Origin: Squalus acanthias
Lineage: Eukaryota
Assembly (NCBI GenBank): GCA_030390025.1
Contig: CM059433.1
Coordinates: 32,118,001 to 32,182,000, forward strand
Length of the DNA stretch: 64,000 nt
Reading direction: 5' to 3'
Under the pieces are notes generated by a model, which saw only the letters and a program-made list of their open reading frames with translations, had not been told where the DNA came from and did not search any database. The translations under genes were made by a program, and so were the position numbers. Positions 11,894 through 23,464 of the stretch are shown piece after piece. The first letter of the stretch is position 1. Each line of letters starts with the position of its first letter.

Positions 11894-12258
11894 TAAACAT
11901 TGCGAGTGATCAACAGTGGCTGCATAGATTTCTGATGATACATTTTATCATAAACATTAAAAGCACTTACCTTTTGTTCTGTGACTTGTCAGGAGTGTAA
12001 AATTGTTTGCAAAGAAAATATAAGCAATTATACTAATAAGCATGTTATCTGTTAGGTTTTGTAATGTGACAAGGTGTTCTTTATTGCATTTTAGGAAAAA
12101 TTCATGCATGTTTTCTGATCAGGCCATTTTTGGACAGGAAAGAAAGGTGCAGGTAACAAAAAGAGGTGCCTTAGCTGCTGAACATTGACTGCCTTCACTG
12201 CCGCAACACAAAAGCCACACGAGGTGAACACACTAATCACGTGAAGTCAAAAGACTGT

Positions 12259-15200
12259 TGTAATGTATTATCACATGGTTTGTCACATGGTTTGGTATGA
12301 GCATGCTCAGTTTGCTCTGGCCAGTTAAAGCAACTCATCGTGTCTCTGTCCTTCATTTGTTCTACCCACATATATTACATTTTGGCGAATAGAATGGGAT
12401 CCCAAAGCCATTTTTAGGGATCATGGAAGGACACAGTGTTCAGCCTTCGAGTGGAAAAGTTTAAGGTACACAGGTAGCGTGCTGATTCACTGTTAGACCG
12501 GATCGGGACAATCATGGCCGCGCCTACGGGATTCATCGGAAGCCTCGGCATGTTTGACCGAGCTCGCGAACCATTCAGTTCTTACATTGAGCGGATGGAG
12601 ATGTTTTTTTAAGGCCAATAACATTATTGAGACCGAAGGTGCAGATGAGAATGTTCAAGCTCAAAATAACGTAATTTGTGAATGGAAAAAAGCAATTATT
12701 CTAACAGAGATCAGGCCAGATGTCTATGGAATGTTGACAAACCTACTCGCGTCAGGGAAAGTGAAGGATGCGTCATTTGAAGACATTGTCGAGAAACTCA
12801 AGGACCATTTTGACCCAAAGCCGTTAGAAATAGCAGAGAGCTATAAGTTTGGTACCAGAAACCAAAAACAAAGTGAAACCATCAGTGAGTACATTGTAGC
12901 TCTTAAGAACCTGTCGTTGCATTGTAACTTCGGCACATTTTTGGATCATGCGTTGCGAGATAAGTTTGTATGTGGACTGGTGGATGAGTGCACACAGTCC
13001 AAGTTACTGAACACTCCGAACCTAACGTTTGACATAGCATGCAAAATTACTCTATCTATGGAGATGGCATCTAAGAAGTGACTAGTGCAGCTGAAGTCTA
13101 CAGTTACAAAGCCACCACCAAACCTAAAGTGGTGAGACCAAGTCAAAAGCATGTCGGTGAAAGCAGTTCAGTGAATTGTTATCGCTGCAATGGAAATCAC
13201 TCACCACAGTCCTGACAATATAGAAATGCGAAGTGTTTTCACTGCTAGAAGCAAGGCCATATTTCAACAGCTTGCAGAGCTAGATCTAAAGCAGGAAGGA
13301 AGAACCATTCTAGTGGCAATGCAAAGCAGCGACAACAAAAGGGAGGAATTCACAATATTGAAGTGAACATACCCGATGTTGAAGAACTAGGCATCTACAG
13401 TATCTATGCCATTAGCAGCAACGCTAGCAGTCGTGAGAAAGACTTCCTTACAAAACTTTTGATTAACGAGCAATATATTGAAATGTATATCGACACACCG
13501 GCAGACTGCTCTATCATGAGTAAGGACACATATGAGAGTAAGTTTAATCAAATACCACTTACAAAGAGTACCGTAGAGTTAAAAACCTACTCCGGAGAAA
13601 TCCTAGAGACATGTGGACAAATGGAATGTACAGTTCAACACAATGGCCAGTCAGTAAAGCTGCTTATTATTGTAGCGAGTTAAAACAACAGGCTAACCCT
13701 CATGGGCAAAGACTGGTTGAGAAAGTTAAAACTAGACGGGAAAAACATCTTCAGTGTAGATGCTTCAAAGAAGTGACTCGACACAATGCTGAACAAGTAC
13801 GAAAGCATGTTCACAAACAGTTATGAGGGCATCACTGGGTATGACGCACATATCCACATCAAGTCCAACGCGAAGCCTGTCTATTGTAAGGCAAGGCCGG
13901 TACCCTATGCGTTGAAAAGTCAGGTGGAGGAAGAGCTAGTGAAGCTGAGAGAGAACGGAGTGCCAGTAAAAACTGACAAAAGTGAATGGGCTACCCTGAT
14001 TGTGGTATTGCCCAAAGCAAAGAAAATTGTACGCTTATGCGGTGACTACAAAGTTACTATCAACCAAACAGTTGACGATGAGCAATACCCGTTACCTATA
14101 TTGCAAGATTTTTATGCAGCATTCTCTGGGTCAAATGTCTTCTCCAAACTTGACCTGTCACACGTTTACGCTCAGCTGAATGTTGACAAAGAGAGTCAAC
14201 AGTATCTCACCATCAACACACACAAGGGATTGTACTCATACACCAAGCTGTCGTATGGTGAAAAGTCCTCCCCAAAATCTTCCAGGCTACGATGGATAAG
14301 ATTTTGCAAGGAATTCCAAATTGCTTATGCAATCAAGACGATGTGCTGATCGCAACAAGTAGCGAGGAAGAAAATCTAGAAGTGTTATATTTAGTGCTTC
14401 AAAGGTTGAATTCCCACAATGTCAAATTGAAAAGGAGCAAATGTGCTTTTGTGCAACCCGAGGTTGTGTACCTTGGTCTGAAAGTTGATGTAAATGGCTT
14501 GCAACCAGTTAAGGAAAAGGTTGATGCTGTCATCAATGCTGCAAAGCCATAGAATGTGTCTGAGTTCAGATCTTTCCTTCGAATGGTCCAGTACTACGCA
14601 CGTTTCTTACCTGAGTTAGCGACCATGTTAGCTCCATTGCATGAGCTCCTGAAGAAGGATGTCCAGTGGAAGTGGACAAAAGTGCAACAGGAAGCTTACG
14701 ACACTTGTAAGAGAAGTCTGTCTAGTGATGCTCTAGTTGTGCACTATGACACAGAACGTGAGCTTAAGTTAGCATATGATGCTTCCAGCTACAGTGTGGG
14801 AGCTGTCATAAACCACGTAATGGATGATGGCCAAGAGAAACCAATCACGTTCGCATTGCGAATCCTCACAAAGAGTGAAAGAAACTACGTGCAAATTGAA
14901 AAGGAAGCACTCACCATAGTGTTTGGAATCAAGAAATTCCAACAGTTCCTGATCAACAGAAAGTTTACCCTGATAACCGATCACAAACCGCTCCTAGCAA
15001 TATTGGGGCCCAAATCTGCCATCCCTGCAATGGTCGCATCAAGAATGTAACATTGGGCAGTGTTATTGTCACAATATGACTATATGATTGAATATTGCCC
15101 TTCAAAGCAAAACACAATTGCAATTGCAGTTGCTACATGAAGACTCATGTGTTGGGAGTGAAGGTGAGATTTTCACGCTAGGTACAGTTGACAAAGACTT

Positions 15201-15975
15201 TCCCGTGAATGCAACTGAGATTACAAATGAGACTCAAAAGGACTCAGTACTGAGAAGAGTATATGAAAATACCTTGAGTGGATGGACTGATCAGTGTCTG
15301 GACACAGATTTGAAACCATTCCATAACCATTGTACTGAATTGTCTTGTGAGCAAGGTTGTATCAAGTGGGGAAACAGAGTGGTGGTACCTACTTCTTTGA
15401 AAGATAGAATTCTGGCCGAACTTCATACTGAACATCCAGGGATTGTCGGTATGAAATCAATTGCAAGAAGCATTGTTTACTGGCCTGGATTAGACAGTGA
15501 TCTTGAACCACTTGATCATGAACGCATACATGAGTTTGACTCAGTTCAGACTTCAGTAACTGAAGTACCAGGTTCAAACAAGTCAGAAATAGAAACAGGA
15601 TCATCTTTGATTTTGGAACCAAGACAAAACAGCCCAAAAATTGGTTCAACACCAAAACCTTCTGTAAGAAGATCAGGAAGTCTCTGCAAACCTGTTATTA
15701 AACTGGATTTGTAGTTCATTTAAAAGAAAAAAAGCCAGGAGTTTTTGTTATGTGGTACATGTAATGCTGGGAAAGGTGGGCCATAATTTTGTTGTATTTG
15801 AGAGGTGAATACATACATTTTTTTAAAGGGGAAAGCAGTGTAATGTATTATCACATGGTTTGTCACATGGTTTAGTATGAGCATGCTAAGTTTGCACTGG
15901 CCTAGTAAAGCAAGCACATGAACTCGCAACTCATCGTGTCTCTGTCCTTCATTTGTTCTACACACAAATATTACA
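12259..15975 (+). mobile_element. Gypsy/Ty3 LTR retrotransposon, decayed, integrase core deleted
   Basis: LTRs at 12259-12379 and 15839-15975 (TGTAAT...ATTACA), 5-bp TSD ACTGT, PBS TGGCGAATAGAATGGG at 12383, PPT AAAGGGGAAAG. Domain order is gag-protease-RT-RNaseH-integrase. Confidence 0.95.
12514..15714 (+). pseudogene. Gypsy gag-pol pseudogene
   Basis: Gag (LRDKFVCGL, two decayed CCHC knuckles ~13175-13275), protease (YIDTPAD), RT (RLCGDYKVTIN, FSKLDL, NQDD), RNase H (DASSY, EKEAL, TDHKPL) and an integrase N-terminal fragment (ELH..HPG...MK..AR..VYWPGLD). Many stops and frameshifts. Confidence 0.9.
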
Positions 15976-15997
15976 ACTGTGTAATTTGGTACAAGAC

Positions 15998-16423
15998 GGT
16001 AGCATAGTGGTTAGCACTGGTGCCTCACAGCGCCAGAGACCCGGGTTCGAATCTGACTTCGGGTGACTGTCTGTGTGGAGTTTGCACATTCTCCCCGTGT
16101 CTGCGTGGGTTTCCTCCGGGTGCTCCAGTTTCCTCCCACAGTCCAAAAATGTGTGGGTTAGGTTGATTTGGCTATGATAAATTGACCCTTAGTGTTAGGG
16201 GGGATTAAATATGTGGGGTTATGGGGATAGGATGGGATATGTTAGGGGGAATTAAATACGTGGGGTTACGGGGGTAGGGTGGGATATGTGTACTGTGGGG
16301 ATTAAAGCAGGGACAGGGTACTGGATTTGGATGATCAGCCATGATCGTATTGAATGGCGGAGCAGGCTCGACGGGCCGAATGGCCTACTCCTGCTCCTAG
16401 ATTCTATGTTTCTATGTTTCTAT
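15998..16423 (+). mobile_element. V-SINE (HE1-like tRNA-derived SINE with CR1 tail)
   Basis: A box TAGCATAGTGG, B box GGTTCGAATC, V-domain GTGGAGTTTGCACATTCTCCCCGTGTCTGCGTGGGTTTCCTCCGGGTGCTCC, and a (TTCTATGT)n tail. Confidence 0.9.
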
Positions 16424-16433
16424 ACCCTCAGTT

Positions 16434-18034
16434 CAATGGTTTTCAAACTTCCTGTGAGGGAGATCCTACCCCCTCCTCCCTTGTGAAAGAATAAGCCATA
16501 TACCTATTCAGAAAAATGCACCATTCTATGAAAGAATTCTGGCCTTATTAAAACATGACAAACTGGGTTTGGAAATCTAAAAACTTAACAATGGAGAAGC
16601 TGTATTGTTAACAGCATTCTAGCTATGGCGATGGGATGGTTGTTGACACTGAATCAATAACCTTGTTGAAACAGAAGGTTGGAGGCTCCCGACGGTATGA
16701 ATCTTTGGAAAAAAGACAATGGTACACCCTGTTAAGGTGTTCTAAATTACACTTCGGAAAGAAATACATAAAATTAAGAAACATATGCCTTCGTGGGAAT
16801 GGCATCAAGTGGGGGAGGCACCTGCCATCACACCGTTTTTGTGTTAAGCTTAAGACACCTACACAGGAGACATAATTCTGTATTGCAAACAGCTGAGGTG
16901 ACTAAAGAATTGCATAGATCACCCTGGTTGAGGTGTTCTAATTTACACTTCGTAAAGAGACACAAACAGAAGGCCTTGGTAGAGATGACATCAAGTGAAA
17001 TGTACTGCTGTTACACCGTTTTTTATGGTGAGCTTCGACTAGGGTAGAGACATAATTCTTAATGCTACCAGCTGATCTGACTGTAAGAATAGCAGGGGTC
17101 AGCAGAAAAATGACTAGAGATAACTAGCTTACATCAGCAGAAAACTTCAAAGGAAATACCACTGAAAAAGGATATAAATATTGAACTTTCAAATGGGATG
17201 ATAGTCTCGCTGCAAAGGGGCAAAGCGATTCTCAGGCTTCAGAGGCGGCTCTGTAAGTCTACAACTCTTTGAACCTCGGGGATCAGGGTCCTGTACTGTA
17301 TTTGATTTTGGTGGATATCCTGGAATAAGACTAAGAACTGTAAAACTGTAGCGAAGTTAAGATCTGATAATAAGAATTGTAAGCTTACTCGTTTTGGAGC
17401 TGTTAATGTTGCGATTGAAACACCTACTGTAATTACATGTCGGTTCTTTAATAAATCTATATATTTTTAGAATTATCTCACATAATACTTCTGTATCAAA
17501 CTCGCAAACTCAATCTCTGTACGCTCTTTGGTGAGGAGTTGCAGAATTCTGAGGGAGTTTTCCGGACCCTCATAATATCCGGAATGTTACAGTCTAGCTA
17601 AACTTATTAAAAGTGCTATCTGGAGGACGGTAACATCTTCAGGTTGTTCCTTTCCTTTAGGGAGAGATGGTCCGGACCTTTAGACCCAATTAAGCGTCTT
17701 TAGGATTCGGCTACCTCAAACTTTAGTTGAAAGTGAACGTCTGGGGAATACGCCTGAGCTGGAGTAGCCCTAAAGGGGCTAGGACTAGTAATTATCCCTT
17801 CACCCTCGCCTGCACCTCCTGATATACTCCCATGGATTCCTTGTCCTAAAACAAAGATATCAACAATCGATTGGCAGACTGTGCTATCGCTGCACAAAAT
17901 ACCTTCTTACCATTGGTAAGAGAAAGACCTCGCTAATAACACAATTACAAATTCACTCGCAGAAATCCAGACTCCCTATTGTAACTCTGTGGACTCCCCG
18001 TGATCCTCGATACAGCCAAGTTTGTAAACCACTG
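16434..18034. mobile_element. hAT (Charlie-like) MITE carrying a ~1.5-kb insertion
   Basis: TIR CAATGGTTTTCAAACT ... AGTTTGTAAACCACTG (14/16). Degenerate 8-bp TSD CCTCAGTT / CCCCAATT. Confidence 0.65.
16482..17971 (+). mobile_element. Putative retroviral solo LTR
   Basis: Starts with TG and is flanked by a CTCCCT direct repeat. Contains a ~195-bp internal tandem duplication, TATAAA at 17173, GTAAGT at 17253 and AATAAA at 17450. The 3' end is GA rather than CA. Confidence 0.5.
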
Positions 18035-19447
18035 CCCCAATTTGCTTTTCAGAAGCCGTGAACAAGCTACGCAAGATTTACCCCAGCAATCTTCGTAACT
18101 GTTTGCAACAGCACTGTATGAAATGGAGGAACTCCGGGATGAAGATAGGTAGGACGCGTTAGGGTGAACCCATAAAACTATTCAGAAATGAATGCTCACT
18201 TCATTAAGATCAGCCACACAAATGAGTAAGTGTCAGCAGACTATTGAACTGTCGAAAGCATCAGAGCTGAGTCCAACCTTATCGTTACCCAACACCCACA
18301 TGCCCAGGAGAGATCTCTGGATAGCAACTAACTGTGAGGATCCTAACTAATGTACCGCCCTCCCTAGCTCAGGAACACTGAGGCTAACTGTAACCCCCTA
18401 TTTGCTAACCCGGTTGGCATCAACTAACTTAGCACAAGCTAGGATGTGAAGCTGGAGTAGGGGGAGGGTTCTAGTCTGTAAGGATTAGTGTCACAGAGAC
18501 CATTTACCCATAGATGATTGTCCAAATACCAAGTATCTTTTACCTATACATAGCTATGTATAACTAACTGACCAGTAGGCGAGAAAAAATTGTGTCACCA
18601 GTTAAGGCAGACTTTTAAGAGGTTTATTATCCAGAGTAGGATTGAGTGCAACAATGCCTCGTGGACAAATAGCTGTGGCTGCCCTTTTATGTATTGTGCT
18701 CCCAGGTAGCTTTTCAAACTGAAATAGCCGCCAATCTTTGCAGCCACTGTACTGGCTCATACATTATTTTTAGATTTAACTTGGTGAGGTTTTCTTGGGT
18801 TGCCAGCAATCCTTTGGGATTGTTCCAGTCACAATTTCCTCAGCTCTTCTTTTCTCTCCTGAAATCATCACTTCTCCTGAAGCAGCACTAACACCTTTTT
18901 CCAGTGTACTTGTCAAAATGCTTGTCTGGACCTTCCCTCCAGCTCAAATCACTGAGACAGCTTGTCCGCAGAGAAAGAACGGCCAAGTGCTTACTATTTT
19001 CTAGGCTTCATCTGACTACTGCCACTGAAAGGTCACTAAGAGTGGCTTGTCGGGGCTGTCTCGTGTGCAGTCCCAGGATCCACTTGTTCACAGACCCGAG
19101 AGAAGAGAAAATAAACATCCAACTATTTTCTTTGTCCCCTCGTAACCAGGTCACTGTCTGGTACGAGTAGGACCGAGATTTCCTGATCCTAATCACCCAT
19201 TGCAGTAGCATAAAGCCAGCGGTTGGCAGTGGAAACTCGCCAGATGTCCCACTTTGCCAAAATGCCACCCACATTGCATAAGAACATAAGAAGTAGGAGC
19301 CATTCGGCCCTTCGAGCCTGCTCCGCCATTCAGTAAGATTGGTTCAGGTAAAGGACAACCCTTTAGTATTGCCTTTCTTTGTACCAGAAATCATTCCAGT
19401 GTCTCAAAAATGTGAACCATTCCCTCTTGCACCAGGCCCACAGCCAC

Positions 19448-19672
19448 ACATTGTCCTGGCCAATATTTATTACTCAACCAACATAACAAAAACATATTAT
19501 CTGGTCATTATCACATTGCTGTTTGTGGGACCTTGCTGTGCGCAAATTGGCTGCCGCATTTCCCACATTACAACAGTGACTCCACTTCAAAAGTACTTCA
19601 TTGGCTGTAAAGCGCTTTGAGATGTCCGGTGGTTGTGAAAGGCACTATACAAATGCAAGTCTTTCTTTCTTT
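19448..19672 (+). mobile_element. Deu-type SINE 3' half
   Basis: GTCCTGGCCAATATTTAT...GTGGGACCTTGCTGTGCGCAAATTGGCTGCC...AAATGCAAGTCTTTCTTT. Confidence 0.7.
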
Positions 19673-20020
19673 CCTCATCTTCCTCCTCTTAACCCATCCA
19701 GTGCATGGCACTGGGGATTACCACCCATGAGATTTTGTTTCTCAATCTAGTGCCTAACTCCTTATACTCCCCCTGCAAGAACGAAAATGTACTTCTATCA
19801 ATGTCATTGGTTTCAACGTGGACCGGAGCTTTTGGCTGCTCTCCCTTCCTGCCTTATTGGAACTCCTGTCCAACTGCACCTCTAAGGCTCAACTCCACAC
19901 TGTTTCCACCTCTCGCAGTCTCCACTCCCTTATCAATGCTCAATATGCCTCTATGTGACATGATTCCAAGAGGAGAGATACTTGACAAGCAAGACTGCAT
20001 GAGAGATGTACAGTGCCAAT

Positions 20021-20627
20021 GGGAAGGATTTTAACTTGGAGGCGGGTAGGGAGTGGGGGGTGGGGGCCTGCATTGCGGTCAGGAAACCCGGGAAAACAGG
20101 TTTCCCTCAGGCCCTGCCGAATTTAATGGCAGGGCCTGATTAACTTTTTTTTCTCTGTTTCCCATCCACAGCCAGCTAGATTGAGAGGCTGGCTGGCTGT
20201 CGGGTGGGTAGGCCTGCAGCACCAAGCCACAGACGGGGAGCAGATAGGACGGTCGGGGGGTGGTGTCTGATCACGGGGGCGGTTGGCGAGGCAGAAATGC
20301 TGAATCCAGCAGATAAGTGGAAAGGCACTTACCTCCTGGACGCAGCAGTCTTCAGCTTCCTTTAGCTGCCGGGTTCCCCAAGGCCCAGGAAACCTGGCCG
20401 CCCACAGTTAAATTTAAAAAGGAGATTCAAAATGAGGCATGCAGCCTCATTTTAGTAATTAAAGTGCCAACCTGCCTCCTGGGAGCGGGTTGACTGCCCA
20501 TACCACCTCTGTTAAAACCGGAAGTGGGTGGGTTGGAGGCGGGTTGGGGTGGGGATTCAGATTTCTACCTCTTTAACCTCCCACCCGACCTAAACCCGCC
20601 CATTTTTTAGGGTTAAAATTCCCCCTC
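20021..20627. mobile_element. Harbinger-type MITE, family C
   Basis: Imperfect TIR GGGAAGGATTTTAAC ... GTTAAAATTCCCCCTC, TSD AAT, GC-rich subterminal regions. Confidence 0.7.
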
Positions 20628-23464
20628 AATGTGTCGGTACGCACATGCCCCAACATGTATCAGAAGTTATATTAATGAGCTGATCTGAGAGAATTGGATA
20701 CAAACAGCACACTTCCACTTAAAACTGCCTAAAACCATGAGACATTTGTGCCTAAACTGCACCAAAAGCTGATACGCAATAGGCTTCACGTCCACGGCAG
20801 TAGTTATTCGACTATAGTATATTTGAATAAATGGAGACTGTCTCGGAAGAACGTTCTCACTCAGAATGATTCATTGGGATGGACACAAGCTACCCTGCAA
20901 TGGGAGAGTTGGGATATCAGAAGGATGAGCTTCGATGAACTGAATAGCCTTTTCTTGTCCTTGTCTTTCGTTATCTCTGCCTTTTGCTGTGGAGATACTC
21001 TTCAAGCTGCTGCATATTTCATTACAGAATACTCATTCCAGTACTATTATTTCTAGCACAGGATGAAATACAAACTGCGGATCTGCTCCAATCTACCACT
21101 GCGTTGTGTGCTTCACTGAGTTTTCAGACTCTAAACTTAAACTGTCCCCTTGCAGTCACGGATGAATATACGCATCAATTCCAGAAGATTATATTTGATT
21201 CCCTACTTTGATGGAAGTCATATTAAGGCACCGCAACCCATTTATTGTCAGCATGGTTTGTATCGTAAAATGCTTATCACCGAGGTCCAAAACAACAAGC
21301 TATTTCCTATTAATGTCTGATCCTATTTTACGAGATTGTGCAACCTGGTTAGCAAAGCAAAAGTAATTTGAATTCAACAAATGCATCCAAGGCTTTTCAC
21401 TAGAAAAATGGGTAAAAATGTCACTAGCCCTGGGAATACACTGACAGGTGAACAGATTTACTCTTGTTACACTTGTTTAGCGACATTTTTGTGAACTTCC
21501 CTTTCTCATTTATCCTTTTTATCTCTTCACAATACTTCACACTTCGTTATTTCATTTAATTTCCCCTCTCTATTTATTGTGGTTGGTTTTAGAAACTCAC
21601 TACTATGAAGAGACCTCTCAGAGTTAATGCCACAATTAAAGGATTCTGCTGTATTTCCATTAGCTTACTGTTCACCATCCTACATCCTCTTCCTCCTCTC
21701 TGCATTCTCGCTATTTTAAAATCAAGACTCATTGCACTGTCCCCTACTCAAACTCATGCTTCCCTAGGACCTCAAGATGGGTGAACCACTTTACTTCCCT
21801 TCTTTTTACAGTCTAGAATATTTTAAAAGCCTGGCTTGGCATCGTCAGACCACCATTTTCTAAGGTATTCTGTCTTCTTGCCCACTCTCCCCGAGCTTAG
21901 TGATGTCTTGCACTCTGAGGATTCACTGCTCTCCTAGGTTTCGAAACAAAAAAAAAGCTGGACAGCCAATCCAACAACAGTTTTACAGTGAATGACATGT
22001 TAGATGTTCTCCATTGTCTCCCTATTAATGAAGGAATCATTAATAGTTGTGGCATATATCAGAGTATTACAACCTGAGATTACCGAGCCTTTTTGTATAG
22101 ACTTCAATGGGAGGATTTAAATGTAAACCTCAGCACATGAAAATAACCTTCGAATCATAAATGTGGTTACTAAGAGGCTGAAATTGCAGTCAGTGCTAAT
22201 TTTAGCAGAAGTGGATAGAAGTATGGGGGTGAAATGGTTAATCAAGATCTAGCTGAAAGCAACTACTATTTTAAAGATTCGCATTAATTTTTACTTTTCT
22301 GAGCCATGTATGAGATTTGGCATAACCCACAAGCAAAGTCATTAAAATCCATTTTAGTTATTAAATTAAATTACAAAATTCAATTTCATGCATTACGAAA
22401 ATATTAATTTATATTTATATATGTTACTACTGCAGGTTTTCAAATCTTTAGCTGCTCTAAGCTTGCTGGAATGCACCAGTGATTTCCATACTGCCATAAT
22501 CAAGTGTAAACAAAACATACTGCCATTTAAGAGATGTCTCAGTAATTTATCAAACAACATAACTCTTATTTCAGAAACACAGAAACATGCATTTACTCTC
22601 AAAGAATATTTGTTTCCATCTTAAATGACATATTCAATCTGCAAGAGTAAATGAACCACATTATGGAGAAATTAACAGAATATAGAGAAAGTGAAGGCAC
22701 TCAGATTATCATAATAAGGACACATTCAGAGCTTGAGTGGGAAAGGTGGTAAAATGTGTGAATGTAATATATATACAACAATACTTGCCAATGGTTTTGT
22801 GGAAACACGCGTAATAAAAGAAAATTCCCTTGAAGTTGAATTTTCCTAAAGAGAAATCTTCTACAAATAAAATAGGTGACTGATTAGTGTATCACAGATA
22901 AGATTTTAGAAGTTTGTTTTTGGGATGTGAGCGGCAGGACCAAGGCGACATTAATTGACCTTCACAGTAGATTATGAGGATAAAATACCGGAGATACAAG
23001 GAAAGCCGAAAAGAAATCAAGGGGAGGAACTAACTAGATCCAATATAAGTGAAAAAAAATGGTGATGGAGAAAATAATGAGATTAAAGATAGACAAATCT
23101 CCAAGACCTGATGGTTTCCATCCCAGTGTATTAAAATTAGGTGAGGAAATTGTTAATGTGTTAGTCACGATCGGCCAACACTCTCTCGATTCAAGAATTA
23201 TCCCCTTGAATTTGAAAATTGCCAATGTCACTCCATTATTTAAGAATGGTAAGAGAGATAAACTCAGAAATTATAGGCCTATTCGTCTCACGTCAGTTGT
23301 GGGGAAGTTACGAGAACCTGTTATTAGAGACAGAGTGACTGAGCATTTGGACAAATATGAGCTGAACAGAGAGAGCCAGCATGGATTTATAAAGGGTAAT
23401 TCATGTCTAATGAACCTAGTTGAATTTACTGAGAAGGTAACTAACGTGCTAGATAAGGAGAGTA

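Noticed and set aside
15998..16065. tRNA gene
   Set aside because: A and B boxes are present but continue into the V-domain and a CR1 tail, so this is a SINE head.
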